Positions 30,818-40,668 of a stretch of 64,000 nt of DNA are shown in pieces. Made by a program: the position numbers and the translations under genes. This stretch comes from an uncultured Methanosarcinales archaeon (GTDB lineage: Archaea; Nanobdellota; Nanobdellia; Woesearchaeales; CAYVYK01). The number at the start of each line of letters is the position of its first letter. Position 1 is the stretch's first letter. The notes beneath the pieces were generated by a model. The model was not told the origin of the DNA. It saw only the letters and a program-made list of their open reading frames with translations, and made no database searches. Location of the stretch: NCBI GenBank assembly GCA_964455675.1, contig CAYVYK010000010.1, forward strand, positions 1-64,000, in the 5' to 3' direction.

Positions 30818-31492
30818 ATGAAAAACCCTCTGAAAGGTGTCCCGAAACAGAATGATTCGTACATCGACAGATATCTCTATCGGCCTATCTCGATTCACAT
30901 CTCGGGCGTTCTCATGCAGCTAGGTATGACGCCGAATCAGGCGACCTCGCTGTCGCTTCTTTTTGCGATTGCCGCTGCGGCGTGCTATGCCGTCGGCGCA
31001 TACAAGTATCTTGTGATTGGTGCGATTCTCTTGACGATTAGTCACCTGTTTGACACTGCAGATGGCGAGATCGCGCGCGCGAAAAATATGAAGTCCGATT
31101 TTGGTGCGTGGTTTGATTCTGTCGCGGATCGATTATCCATATTCGTCCTGTTTTTTGGAGCAAGCTATGGTGTGTATCGAGCAACCGGGAGCGAATTGAC
31201 TTTTGCCGTGGGATTTCTTGCGGCAGGTACCCTTACGATTGTTGGCATGATCAGTTCCATGAAGAAATACTTGCCGTTCATGCAAGGCCACCATGAGGGG
31301 CAGTCAAAGTCCGGTTCGTATATAGGAATCGGTAGCATGACGTTGTTTGTAATGACGCTCGCGGCATTGTTGAATATTGTGATGTTCCTTGTGTGGTTCT
31401 ATGCTCTTCTTGGAACGGTGATGCTTCTCAAGCAGATCCATAGCCACTACGTTCGCGGTGTCATGATGCATGGCTCGAAAAAAACGAAGTAG
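30818..31492 (+). CDS. CDP-alcohol phosphotransferase family protein
   Basis: TPNQAT; DTADGEIAR..GAWFDSVADR, complete motif. Confidence 0.92.
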   Translation: MKNPLKGVPKQNDSYIDRYLYRPISIHISGVLMQLGMTPNQATSLSLLFAIAAAACYAVGAYKYLVIGAILLTISHLFDTADGEIARAKNMKSDFGAWFDSVADRLSIFVLFFGASYGVYRATGSELTFAVGFLAAGTLTIVGMISSMKKYLPFMQGHHEGQSKSGSYIGIGSMTLFVMTLAALLNIVMFLVWFYALLGTVMLLKQIHSHYVRGVMMHGSKKTK

Positions 31493-31531
31493 AATTCTCT
31501 CGAAGTAAGATTCATAATATGCGTGAGTGAT

Positions 31532-32529
31532 CTAATAGATGCTTTCGAGGATTGCGCGGATGATTGGCGGCGTGATAACGACCGGATTGTTTGCGATTCT
31601 CTGAGGATTGGAGCTTTCCTCAACTAAGAGTTCAAGATCATTCCTCGGAACGCCAAGTGCTGATAGTCTGCGTGGTAATTGCATCTGGTCCATCAGGTGC
31701 TCAAGGTATTCTTTCGCCTCAGTTGCGTTCGCGACATGAAGCAGTTCGANNNNNNNNNNNNNNNNNNNNNNNNNNNNNNNNNNNNNNNNNNNNNNNNNNN
31801 NNNNNNNNNNNNNNNNNNNNNNNNNNNNNNNNNNNNNNNNNNNNNNNNNATTAGTGTCGGATTCGTAACGGCTTGGAGAGCATTCGGAAGAAGGAGGGAC
31901 AAAGCTTGCGCCGCGTATGTTTGTGACACGCTTGTCGAGTTCACAGACCAATAGGACTCAATCGCCTGCGAGATTGCGTCGGCTGCTGTCGCGGCGGTAA
32001 TGGCAGGACTTAGTGACAAGGTAAGTTGCGGATCAAGGACGATCCACTGGGGAACCATGGAGGGGTGCTCCAGGCTGTACTTCGTTTCTCCCTTGTAGAC
32101 GACGGCAAATGGGGTGATTTCTGCCCCGCTTCCGGCAGTCGTGGGTATGAGGATTTTTGGTATCCGTGAACCTCTTGCCTTCTTCGAACCGAGAATGTAA
32201 TCATCAAGGGGTCCATCTTCAGAGGAAAGGAGAGTTCCTGCTTTTGCGGCGTCTAGGACGCTCCCGCCTCCAACCGCAATCACAAGGTCATATCCTCCTT
32301 TTCGGATGGTATCGGCGACCATGCGGACTTGGTCGAGCCTCAGCATGCTGTGAAATCCCTCGACCCGTTTCACATAGCAGTGCAGAAGCTGCGGTGAAAG
32401 AGCCTCCTGTGCTCCGCTCTGTTCATAGGATTTTCCGCCGGTGACAAGGAGGATGCGCTGCGCATGCGTCTCCTTGAGCGCGTTCGCAACGTTCTTGATG
32501 GATTCTGCTCCCTCATAGATCGTGACCAT
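31532..32529 (-). CDS. Iron-containing alcohol dehydrogenase, probable phosphonoacetaldehyde reductase (spans gap)
   Basis: GGGSVLDAAK, PTTAGSGAE, QAIESYWS, C-terminal RIANNP; cluster context. Confidence 0.85.
31750..31849. other. Assembly gap (100 N)
   Basis: Run of n. Confidence 1.
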
Positions 32530-32585
32530 AACAGTCTGAATCCTGCGTGAACATAAAAATCTTGTTGTGGTGATGTCCCGGGCAG

Positions 32586-33236
32586 TTAGTCTTTCTTGCG
32601 CTGTGGCTTATCATCAGAAAGGAGAGGGTAGTGCTTTGCGATTTGATACATCCACATGAGCATCCCAACGCTCGCAAAAAAAATGACTGCCCATGTGGAG
32701 AGTCCGAGAATCACGAGCACGGGAAGGAGGATAACGGTGAATGTTGACCTGCCGATGTAGGTGTGTTTTCCAAGTTGTGAAAAGGATGTACGCTTGGGGA
32801 GATATTCTTTGATCTGGCTGAGTGTGCCGACCATCGTGATATTGAACACGGCAAGCATCCCAAGGAGAAGATAGAGAGGCTCCGAGGTGGTAGTGTATGC
32901 GTTGTAGCTAACGCCAAACATGATGGCAAAATCGACGACTCGTTCGGCGACATTATCATACCATGCGCCAAATGCGGATTGCATCTTTTTTATTCTGGCA
33001 ACGTCGCCGTCCATCCAGTCGCACATGCGTGCGAGCTGGTACCAGAGGAGTATGCCGATGAGTCGGTATGGTGTGCTTCCTTGCGCAACAAATGCTCCCG
33101 CAAGGAGTCCGAAAAAGATGCCGACAGTCGATATCTGGTTCGGTGTGATGCGTGTTCGTGAGAGACGGAGAGCGAGTGGATCCGTGATATGGCGATAGAA
33201 GTAGTATCGCGCGATGTTCATCTGTGGTTTTCCCAT
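32586..33236 (-). CDS. CDP-alcohol phosphotransferase family protein
   Basis: TPNQIS; DWMDGDVAR..GAWYDNVAER. Confidence 0.9.
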   Translation of the reverse strand: MGKPQMNIARYYFYRHITDPLALRLSRTRITPNQISTVGIFFGLLAGAFVAQGSTPYRLIGILLWYQLARMCDWMDGDVARIKKMQSAFGAWYDNVAERVVDFAIMFGVSYNAYTTTSEPLYLLLGMLAVFNITMVGTLSQIKEYLPKRTSFSQLGKHTYIGRSTFTVILLPVLVILGLSTWAVIFFASVGMLMWMYQIAKHYPLLSDDKPQRKKD

Positions 33237-33240
33237 GGTG

Positions 33241-33912
33241 TCATACCTGGTAAAAGATGATCCGGTAAAACGCTAAGCGAGCAAGTGGAGTCCTTCCAGC
33301 AGCGTGTTCTGCCAACTGCACTACGGACGATACGACGGGAATGGCGTGGATGAGGCTTGCGGGTGTAACGATCCTGAGCCCCTCGTGATGATGGATCTTG
33401 TGTGGGAAGTAGCTTATGATATCATTCATCGTGTCTGCCCTTCGATAGACAGGTGTGCTGTGAATGGCGGCTCTCCAGCTGTAGGGGTTGTAAAACTCAA
33501 GGATGCACCATCCTCCTTTCTTGGTTACTCGTATGGCTTCATGGACTGCTTCACGGATATTTGGCACGTGCGGCAATGTCATGAATGAGTACACGGTATC
33601 AAACGTTCCGTTCTTGAAGGGAATGTGATCCGCTGAGGCTTTGACGACGGAAAGTCCTTTCCCGCGCGCGTATGCGAGCATACCGTCAGAAATATCAAGA
33701 CCTGTTGCGCTACGGGCGTATGTGCTGGTTCGTGCAAGGATGATGCCTGTGCCGCAGCCCACCTCAAGAATGTTCTTCCCGGTTATGTAGGGTTTGAGCA
33801 GATCGATTTTCGCCTTGTTGAAGTATGTGAAGGATGGATTTGTGCGGTCCTTGTCGTACCTTCTGCTGAAGGTATCATAGTACGATGGAATTTCTTGTTT
33901 CTCCTTTGTCAT
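33241..33912 (-). CDS. Class I SAM-dependent methyltransferase
   Basis: ILEVGCGTG, GLDISDGML, FDTV. Confidence 0.9.
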   Translation of the reverse strand: MTKEKQEIPSYYDTFSRRYDKDRTNPSFTYFNKAKIDLLKPYITGKNILEVGCGTGIILARTSTYARSATGLDISDGMLAYARGKGLSVVKASADHIPFKNGTFDTVYSFMTLPHVPNIREAVHEAIRVTKKGGWCILEFYNPYSWRAAIHSTPVYRRADTMNDIISYFPHKIHHHEGLRIVTPASLIHAIPVVSSVVQLAEHAAGRTPLARLAFYRIIFYQV

Positions 33913-33994
33913 GCCTCTGCTATGGGATGCATGATTTATATGTATATCGGTGCACCAAAAGATTTAACAATCGTCTCCTCTTCATGCTGCTACC

Positions 33995-35092
33995 ATGGAG
34001 AAACTGGTGAATCCAAGGAGGATGCTCATCATTTGCCTTTCAGGCATGGGAAATTTTCTCTTGTTCACTCCTGCCTTGAAGCATTATCGGGAATGCTACC
34101 CTAATGCAAGGATTGATCTGTGCGTGCGTTGGCAGTTCCTTGCAGACCTCTTGAAGGAAAACAAGCTGTACAATAATTGTTATATATTCGACGAGAAGAA
34201 GTATGACTGTCCTGGAAAGAAACTGCGGTTCATGTGGTTTCTTAGAAAAAATAGGTATGATACAACCATCTGCGTTTTTCCGACGAACCGCTGGCAGTAC
34301 AATGTCCTTGCGTATGCAACGGGAGCACGCCAGCGGTGTTCGTTTTCATACCCAAGGTCAAAGGGGTGCACCTTGAGTTTTCTGCAGAACAATCTGCTCG
34401 AGGCTGATGAAAGTCTGCATGATGTGGAGCAGAATGTCCGTCTGGCAGAGGAACTGACTGGAAAGGAAGTACAAAAACCGTATCGCATAACTACTCCGAT
34501 TCCAAAAAAGGATCTTCTCTGGGGAGAAAAATTTGTCTCTGGCTTGAAGCGGCCTCTTTTCGTGATCCACCCAAGTTTTGATCAAGCACAGTCCTACAAG
34601 GGTGGTTCGGCGCAGAGGATCTCGTTCTTTCTGGAATTGATGAAGCGCTTGCGCGAGAAATACCACGCTTCGATCATCCTGATTGGCGGCAAAAAGGAGG
34701 GTGATCAGATCAGGGAGATTCTGGATGCTTCGCATGGGAAGGAACATACGAAGCTTGCCGTGGGGCAATCCATCGGAGAAAGTGCAGGTATCATCAAGCA
34801 GGCAAACCTCCTGATTAATATTGACTCGGGCCTCGGTCACATTGCCTCCGTCACAAACACTCCGACGATAACGATCTACGGTCCCGCGATTCCAGGGAGG
34901 ACGAGAAGGTATAATGCAAATCAGCGGTTTATCCAGCATCGTCCGCAAAACGCCAAGGATTATCCGTATCCTTTCAAAAGCAGTAAGCAGGAACAGCCCT
35001 GTGATGCCGAAGCATGGTTCGCGGCAGTTTCAGTTAATGATGTCATCAAGGAAATTGATGATATGAAGAGGAAAGGTGACGTGGTGATATGA
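33995..35092 (+). CDS. GT9 (heptosyltransferase-like) glycosyltransferase
   Basis: GMGNFLLFTP, DSGLGHIA, TIYGP. Confidence 0.9.
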   Translation: MEKLVNPRRMLIICLSGMGNFLLFTPALKHYRECYPNARIDLCVRWQFLADLLKENKLYNNCYIFDEKKYDCPGKKLRFMWFLRKNRYDTTICVFPTNRWQYNVLAYATGARQRCSFSYPRSKGCTLSFLQNNLLEADESLHDVEQNVRLAEELTGKEVQKPYRITTPIPKKDLLWGEKFVSGLKRPLFVIHPSFDQAQSYKGGSAQRISFFLELMKRLREKYHASIILIGGKKEGDQIREILDASHGKEHTKLAVGQSIGESAGIIKQANLLINIDSGLGHIASVTNTPTITIYGPAIPGRTRRYNANQRFIQHRPQNAKDYPYPFKSSKQEQPCDAEAWFAAVSVNDVIKEIDDMKRKGDVVI

Positions 35093-36093
35093 GCGTTGAG
35101 TCACTTGTAGAGAGATTTCCTGGCAGGAAGGTATTGATCGTCGGAGACGCAATGCTTGACGTGTACGTCACAGGCAAGGTTGAGCGCATTTCACCTGAGG
35201 CTCCGGTTGTCGTGCTTCATGTGCAGGATAGGAGTTTTGTTCCAGGTGGCTGTACGAACGTAAGTCTCAACTGTTCAGCACTCGGAATGGACGCGCATAT
35301 CATTGCTGTTGTTGGAAATGATCAGAATGCAAAAGTGCTGCGTGACTTACTTGTAGCTCATCGCGTGGACGTGCAGGACCTCTTTATTGCCGGCGACCGC
35401 CCAACGATTACGAAGATGCGTATGATCGCGCAAGGCCAGCAGCTCATGCGGGTTGATGAGGAGGCGACGCATTTTGTTGACGAATCCACGGACCGGAAGA
35501 TACGTGCAGCCATTGAGAAAAGGATCCCTCTCGTAGATGCCGTGATTGTATCGGATTACGCGAAAGGCGCGTGTACCCCAGATTCAATGCGGGTTTTGAT
35601 AGACCTTGCAAGGAAGCATAATAAGCCGGTCATTGTTGATTCAAAGACGTCTATTCCCGAGATGTACCAGTCCTGTACGGTTATAACGCCAAACGAATTT
35701 GAGGCGATGAGAATGACAGGGATGCATCCCAAGGATGAAGAGGAATTTCTGCGCATGGGTGTGGATCTCCAGAAGCACCTGCACTCCGCAGTGCTGATCA
35801 CGAGAGGAGCGAAGGGAATGACGCTGTTTGAGGAAGGTAGAAAGCCTCATACCATGCCTACAAAGGCTGTGGAAGTGTATGATGTCACAGGGGCGGGTGA
35901 TACGGTGACGGCAGTGCTCTGTGCAAGCATCGCAGCGCAGGGTTCGCTTGTGGACGGAATGACGCTCGCGACGTATGCTGCAGGCATTGTCATTAGGCAG
36001 CTTGGGAGCGCGACAGTCTCCCGTGACGAATTGATTCATGCGGTGAGGAATGATGGACTGCAAGTCAAAGATCAAAACAAGGGAAGAGCTTAG
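35089..36093 (+). CDS. hldA: Heptose-7-phosphate kinase (RfaE domain I)
   Basis: GDAMLD, RISPEAPV, SDYAKG, DVTGAGDT. Confidence 0.92.
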   Translation: MSVESLVERFPGRKVLIVGDAMLDVYVTGKVERISPEAPVVVLHVQDRSFVPGGCTNVSLNCSALGMDAHIIAVVGNDQNAKVLRDLLVAHRVDVQDLFIAGDRPTITKMRMIAQGQQLMRVDEEATHFVDESTDRKIRAAIEKRIPLVDAVIVSDYAKGACTPDSMRVLIDLARKHNKPVIVDSKTSIPEMYQSCTVITPNEFEAMRMTGMHPKDEEEFLRMGVDLQKHLHSAVLITRGAKGMTLFEEGRKPHTMPTKAVEVYDVTGAGDTVTAVLCASIAAQGSLVDGMTLATYAAGIVIRQLGSATVSRDELIHAVRNDGLQVKDQNKGRA

Positions 36094-36535
36094 GAGGATT
36101 CTGCCAAAACACGGTGTTGTGTTTGCCAATGGCAGTTTTGACATCGTCCACGCTCGTCATGCCCTGTTTCTCGAGGAAGCAAAGCGTCTTGGTGATGTGC
36201 TTGTTGTTGGCGTGAATAGCGATAAGTCTGTCAAGGAATGGAAGAAGCACATCGGATACAAGGACTATGACAAGCGACCGATCATACCTGAGCGTTATCG
36301 ATCGATCATGGTCGCCGCAATAAAAGATGTTGATTACGTTGTCATATTCAACGAACCAACGCCGATCGAGCTTATCAAGTTCTTAAGGCCAGGTATATTT
36401 GTGAACGGCAGTGATTATGGTGCTGACTGTATCGAGAGGCCGATCGTACAAGAGTATGGTGGCGTCGTGAAGATCATCCACATCGATGCGGATATCTCGA
36501 CGTCTGCGATCATGCAAAAGATTAAGGAAGCGTAG
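36050..36535 (+). CDS. hldC: Heptose-1-phosphate adenylyltransferase (RfaE domain II)
   Basis: NGSFDIVHARH, GVNSDKSV, ISTSAI. Confidence 0.85.
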   Translation: MMDCKSKIKTREELRRILPKHGVVFANGSFDIVHARHALFLEEAKRLGDVLVVGVNSDKSVKEWKKHIGYKDYDKRPIIPERYRSIMVAAIKDVDYVVIFNEPTPIELIKFLRPGIFVNGSDYGADCIERPIVQEYGGVVKIIHIDADISTSAIMQKIKEA

Positions 36536-36548
36536 AAGGGCGATCAAA

Positions 36549-37277
36549 ATGATGGGTACAAACTTGGGAGTCACGCACGCATTTATTCTTGCAGGGGGAA
36601 TTGGGTCGCGACTCCGCCCCTTGACGAATTCAATTCCCAAGGTTCTCATTCCTGTCGCGGGCAAGCCGATTATTGTGCATAATATCGAGCTCCTGAGAAA
36701 GTTTGGCGTGACGAATATCGTGATTGGGACTGGGTACTTAGGTGAACAGATCGATGAGTATTTTGCAGAGCACCCGATGCGCGGGACCACGATTGTGTGC
36801 AGCCAAGAGAAAGTATTTCTTGGGACTGCTGGAGCGTTAAGGCTTGCAGAAGATCACATTCAGGGCAAGACTTTCTTTATGATGAATGGTGATGAGCTCA
36901 AAGACATTGACATGAGGAAGGTACACGCCGTGCATGTGAAGAACAAGGTTCTTGCGACTCTTGCGTTGACGAGGGTTGAAGACCCCTCAAAGTTTGGGGT
37001 TGTCGCCCAGGATGGGGATCTGATCACAAAATTCGTCGAGAAGCCTAAGGAGAATGCGCCCTCGAATCTGATTAACGCAGGGTTCTACATTCTGGAGAGG
37101 GACGTCCTCTCTATGATTCCAAAAGGGAAGAATGTGAGTATTGAGAAAGAGGTGTTTCCAGTGATTGCACAGCGTGGAATGCTTGCCGGCTGCGAGTTTT
37201 TTGGCGAGTGGCTTCCTACCGATGATTTTGAGCGTCTCGAGTTCGCGCGTAAGAACTGGCACGGCATAAGTTTTTAA
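36549..37277 (+). CDS. Sugar-1-phosphate nucleotidyltransferase
   Basis: ILAGGIGSRLRPLT..PK, GTAGAL, FVEKP. Confidence 0.9.
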   Translation: MMGTNLGVTHAFILAGGIGSRLRPLTNSIPKVLIPVAGKPIIVHNIELLRKFGVTNIVIGTGYLGEQIDEYFAEHPMRGTTIVCSQEKVFLGTAGALRLAEDHIQGKTFFMMNGDELKDIDMRKVHAVHVKNKVLATLALTRVEDPSKFGVVAQDGDLITKFVEKPKENAPSNLINAGFYILERDVLSMIPKGKNVSIEKEVFPVIAQRGMLAGCEFFGEWLPTDDFERLEFARKNWHGISF

Positions 37278-37300
37278 ATACCAACTTCCAGGTTGCTGCC

Positions 37301-37795
37301 ATGGACCTCTTGGACGCATTTGACAATCCTGTGCCACAGAAGAAGGAAGCGAAGGAAGGCACGGAAGGTATGGAAGATCAAGAGAAGCAGGAGGGCGCCC
37401 GCTACATTCCGATGGAGTGGTACGCGTTCACCGTGCTCATCCTCATTGGATTCTTTTGGATGTTTCCTAGTAAGATCGTGAGCGGACTCTATGGGTATGA
37501 TAACTACCTCATACCGGGATGGAAGACGACAATGCTTGACTGGATTCTCATGGTATGCCATCTCTTGTACTTGGGTTTTGTCATCCAGTATTTCAGGTTG
37601 CGGCAGAATGCAAGGTCATTCCTTGCGTGGTCGATTATTGGTGCCTCCGTCGTCGTATGGATCAATTCCACATTCCTTCTTGCGGAAGGTGCGCGTGGAC
37701 TTGAAGTTGCATGGTCGGCGATATTCTTTTTTGGGCTCGCGCTCTACGTCTATGTGTGTTATCGCACTGTTGAGGGCAAACAGTTGTTCCATTAG
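37301..37795 (+). CDS. Hypothetical membrane protein
   Basis: About 4 TM segments. Confidence 0.65.
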   Translation: MDLLDAFDNPVPQKKEAKEGTEGMEDQEKQEGARYIPMEWYAFTVLILIGFFWMFPSKIVSGLYGYDNYLIPGWKTTMLDWILMVCHLLYLGFVIQYFRLRQNARSFLAWSIIGASVVVWINSTFLLAEGARGLEVAWSAIFFFGLALYVYVCYRTVEGKQLFH

Positions 37796-37855
37796 GTTCT
37801 TGATAGATGGAAACAGAGTATCAGATTTATAAGAGCACGCTGATTTGTCTCAGGA

Positions 37856-38263
37856 ATGAAATACCCTGCTGTAACGATGTATATTGACCGCATTTTGCAT
37901 GAGGAAGTGAGGAGTTTACTAATGCGTGAGTTTGCGCTAGTACCGGGGAGACCGGCGAGCGATGTGGGGTTCGCTGTTGGCGGACCATCTGCTCTCTCCG
38001 AACTCGAACGAAAGAAATTAGTATTTGAATACCAAGGAACAGGGATGTACAGGGTTGATTGCCTGGCACCTGTGGATTGTGATGGTGTTGTGCTCTTCAG
38101 GTATTGGGAGCGAGCTGTCACTCCAGAAATCTCCACCATGGATCCTATGCTTGACGCAGTAAGAAGGGTGTACGACAGGTTCGGTCCTATACGTTGTACG
38201 ACCGATGCTGGTTTTTTGAGGACTGCTGATGACACAGAGCGGGATATACAGGGCAGGCCATAG
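37856..38263 (+). CDS. Hypothetical protein
   Basis: 135-aa ORF. Confidence 0.5.
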   Translation: MKYPAVTMYIDRILHEEVRSLLMREFALVPGRPASDVGFAVGGPSALSELERKKLVFEYQGTGMYRVDCLAPVDCDGVVLFRYWERAVTPEISTMDPMLDAVRRVYDRFGPIRCTTDAGFLRTADDTERDIQGRP

Positions 38264-38286
38264 ATAGTGAGCCACACGTGTCGGAG

Positions 38287-38625
38287 TCATTCTTCAAGAA
38301 TTCTAATGGATCGCTTGATTGCAACAAACGCATAGCCCCAGAGGAGTGGCAGCCACAGAGGCATGACGCCAAGGAGGGTTGTTCGCGTAAATGTTTCGAC
38401 GCCCGTCGAGACAAAGAGGTACTCGCAGAGTGTCATGATGAGGATACCGAAGATAAAGATGAACATGTCCCGTTTCTCAAGCTGCAAGAAGAAAGCGATG
38501 GCAATGGTAATTGTGTATAATCCCGTAAGGATGAATTCGTTTTCGACAAGAGGGATGAGCGAGAGCATGAGAGCGATTGGTATCGCTTGGATGATGATTC
38601 GCGTGTGTTTATTCTGTTTCATCAT
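38287..38625 (-). CDS. Small membrane protein (DUF2878-like)
   Basis: PLWLPLLWG motif, 4 TM. Confidence 0.65.
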   Translation of the reverse strand: MMKQNKHTRIIIQAIPIALMLSLIPLVENEFILTGLYTITIAIAFFLQLEKRDMFIFIFGILIMTLCEYLFVSTGVETFTRTTLLGVMPLWLPLLWGYAFVAIKRSIRILEE

Positions 38626-38977
38626 CGGGCCTTTCTTGTTCAGTCGTCATGCGAAAGCATACGATGGCACGGTACAGTGTTTTGCTGCTCTGACGGTGCA
38701 CTCCGTAAATCTTTCTGCTTTCCTTGAGTTCTCCTTTGAATGCGCGCTTCAGTTTGGGACCAAGTGATCGTGTCCAGCGCTGATCGCTCACATACGCGTC
38801 ATACCCTCCCTTGACCTGGACGACTTGTGCTAGGAATAGGCTTGGTCTCTTGCGCATGTGGTTCGCGACGAATCTTAGCACTTCGTCGTTCGTGCCGCGG
38901 AGCTGCAGAATGGCTTCGAAGTAGTTGGACTTTGGATGGATGAATTCCTCGAGGATCATGGAGAGTGGATAAATCAA
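38609..38977 (-). CDS. NMD3-related short protein
   Basis: YFEAILQLR, GYDAY, KTLYR; start uncertain. Confidence 0.75.
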   Translation of the reverse strand: MIYPLSMILEEFIHPKSNYFEAILQLRGTNDEVLRFVANHMRKRPSLFLAQVVQVKGGYDAYVSDQRWTRSLGPKLKRAFKGELKESRKIYGVHRQSSKTLYRAIVCFRMTTEQERPDDETE

Positions 38978-39011
38978 AAGCTTTATATTACTTTCCCGTA
39001 CCCAGTGAAGA

Positions 39012-39665
39012 ATGAAAAAGGTGCGGAATTATTTGAAGAAATTGTGGTATTTCATCTGGGAGGACAACTCGGTGTGGAGCTGGATTGTAAATGTCCTCCT
39101 CGCGTTCGTGATCATTAAGTTTCTTGTCTATCCGGGCCTTGGCCTCGTGTTTCAGACGGACTACCCTGTCGTCGCCGTCGTATCAGGAAGCATGGAACAT
39201 AGGATCGCCCTTGACCGTTCGAATGAGTGGTCGATGTGTGGCGAGAAGTACAAGGAGAAAGCGCGTGTTTCATTTGACGCCTGGTGGGCGACATGCGGTC
39301 CATGGTATGAAGCGAACTCGGAGATTACAAAATCTGTCTTTGAGACTTTCAGGTTTGAGGATGGCTTGAACACAGGAGATATCATGTTCCTCCATGGCGT
39401 GAAGCCTGGCGCCGTGAAGCTTGGTGACATTCTTGTGTATCAGTCGACCTCGCGCGCGGATCCGATTATACATCGGACGGTCAGGATTATTGAAGAGAAC
39501 GGTGCGTATTCCTATCAGACGAAAGGCGACCACAATCCCGACTCAAATTTTGACGAGCGCGAGATTCCTCATGATCGTATTATTGGGAAGGCGATTATTC
39601 GCATTCCTTATCTTGGGTACGTGAAGATTGCCGCAATGAAGCTTGTTGCTTTGGTGAGGGGGTAA
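39012..39665 (+). CDS. Signal peptidase I (archaeal Sec11 type)
   Basis: VSGSME, PIIHR, TKGDHN. Confidence 0.92.
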   Translation: MKKVRNYLKKLWYFIWEDNSVWSWIVNVLLAFVIIKFLVYPGLGLVFQTDYPVVAVVSGSMEHRIALDRSNEWSMCGEKYKEKARVSFDAWWATCGPWYEANSEITKSVFETFRFEDGLNTGDIMFLHGVKPGAVKLGDILVYQSTSRADPIIHRTVRIIEENGAYSYQTKGDHNPDSNFDEREIPHDRIIGKAIIRIPYLGYVKIAAMKLVALVRG

Positions 39666-39669
39666 GGAT

Positions 39670-39987
39670 ATGATGTTCTGCCCAAAATGCGGTTCCTTGC
39701 TTCGCCAAAAGACCGAGCATGAGAAGACGTTTCTCTTCTGCACGTGTGGATTTGAGGATAAAAAGCATGCCGGACCGATTAAGGAAAGTGTGAAAGAGGC
39801 AAAGAAGCTTGAAGTGATCGAGAAGAATGATGCTGACGAGGCGTTGCCGATTATGAATACTGAATGCCCAAAGTGTGGTCATAAGAAGGCAAGGTTCTGG
39901 ATGATCCAGACGCGCGCGGCTGACGAGCCCGAGACGAAGTTCATGAAGTGTGTCAGTTGCGGGAACGTTTGGCGCGACTACTCATGA
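39670..39987 (+). CDS. tfs: Transcription factor S
   Basis: FCPKCG; CPKCG..QTRAADEP.T.F.KC..CG..WR. Confidence 0.95.
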   Translation: MMFCPKCGSLLRQKTEHEKTFLFCTCGFEDKKHAGPIKESVKEAKKLEVIEKNDADEALPIMNTECPKCGHKKARFWMIQTRAADEPETKFMKCVSCGNVWRDYS

Positions 39988-40231
39988 CAATCTTATCAAT
40001 CATTCCTAGGATTCCCCATACAAGAAACACAGAGATTATGATGATGAGTGGATAGTCTTTTCTTGCGATGACGTACATTCCGATGCATAGATATAACAAG
40101 AGGAAGTAGATGATGCTCGCCCATCCGGGTTTCACCGTTTTCCGTCTGATAATTGTAAAAAACAGATGCAGGCAGAGGTAGAATACGAGCGAAATCGCTC
40201 CAACGTACGCGATGATGGAGAAGAGATCCAT
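39953..40231 (-). CDS. Small membrane protein
   Basis: 3 TM segments. Confidence 0.55.
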   Translation of the reverse strand: MDLFSIIAYVGAISLVFYLCLHLFFTIIRRKTVKPGWASIIYFLLLYLCIGMYVIARKDYPLIIIISVFLVWGILGMIDKIVMSSRAKRSRN

Positions 40232-40292
40232 GCAACACATCTCAGCAGAGCTGCTTTTTAAGTCTGTCGTATATGAGGTTTAACAGAACCAT

Positions 40293-40350
40293 GCCCTTTT
40301 CCCTGCGCGCATGCAGCAAGGAAAAGGGCTCGCCGAAGGCTCGTAATGCT
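40293..40350 (+). repeat. Dispersed structured element, copy D (core hairpin 40293-40329)
   Basis: GCCCTTTTCC-N17-GGAAAAGGGC-TCGCCGAAGGCTCGTAAT; compensatory G-C to T-A change. Confidence 0.9.
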
Positions 40351-40400
40351 GATGGAGTTTTGAGGACTAACCGAGAAGGATTAGTTGAGAAGGAATATGA

Positions 40401-40589
40401 TCAATTAATGCAGCATCCCGAGAAGAGATGCCTGCCCATGATCATAGGAGCGGTATGGTTGAGTGAGTAGTCCTGGTCTGCTCTGTCATACATTTGGACA
40501 TGGTGGTCCATAAGATCATGGAACGTCAGATTGGGGAGCTTCCGCTGCGAAAACAACGGCTCCACAATTTCTCGTAGCGTGCTTGTCAT
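40401..40589 (-). CDS. Small hypothetical protein, possibly a fragment
   Basis: AAGGTGA RBS-like sequence before ATG 40589. Confidence 0.35.
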   Translation of the reverse strand: MTSTLREIVEPLFSQRKLPNLTFHDLMDHHVQMYDRADQDYSLNHTAPMIMGRHLFSGCCIN

Positions 40590-40601
40590 GGGTTTCACCT
40601 T

Positions 40602-40637
40602 AAAAAAAAGCTGTTGGGAGACGGTGTCTCCCAACAG
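40602..40637 (-). terminator. Hairpin + U-tract terminator
   Basis: Perfect 12-bp stem CTGTTGGGAGAC/GTCTCCCAACAG followed on the minus strand by CTTTTTTTT. Confidence 0.75.
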
Positions 40638-40668
40638 TATTTGTGTTTAGATGGGCAAAGAACAAGCG

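Noticed and set aside
31532..32529. ADH frameshift or pseudogene
   Set aside because: The frame change is an artefact of the 100-N gap.
26111..37277. Integrated island at tRNA-Leu
   Set aside because: No integrase or duplicated tRNA 3' end was found, and the cluster lies on the tRNA's 5' side.
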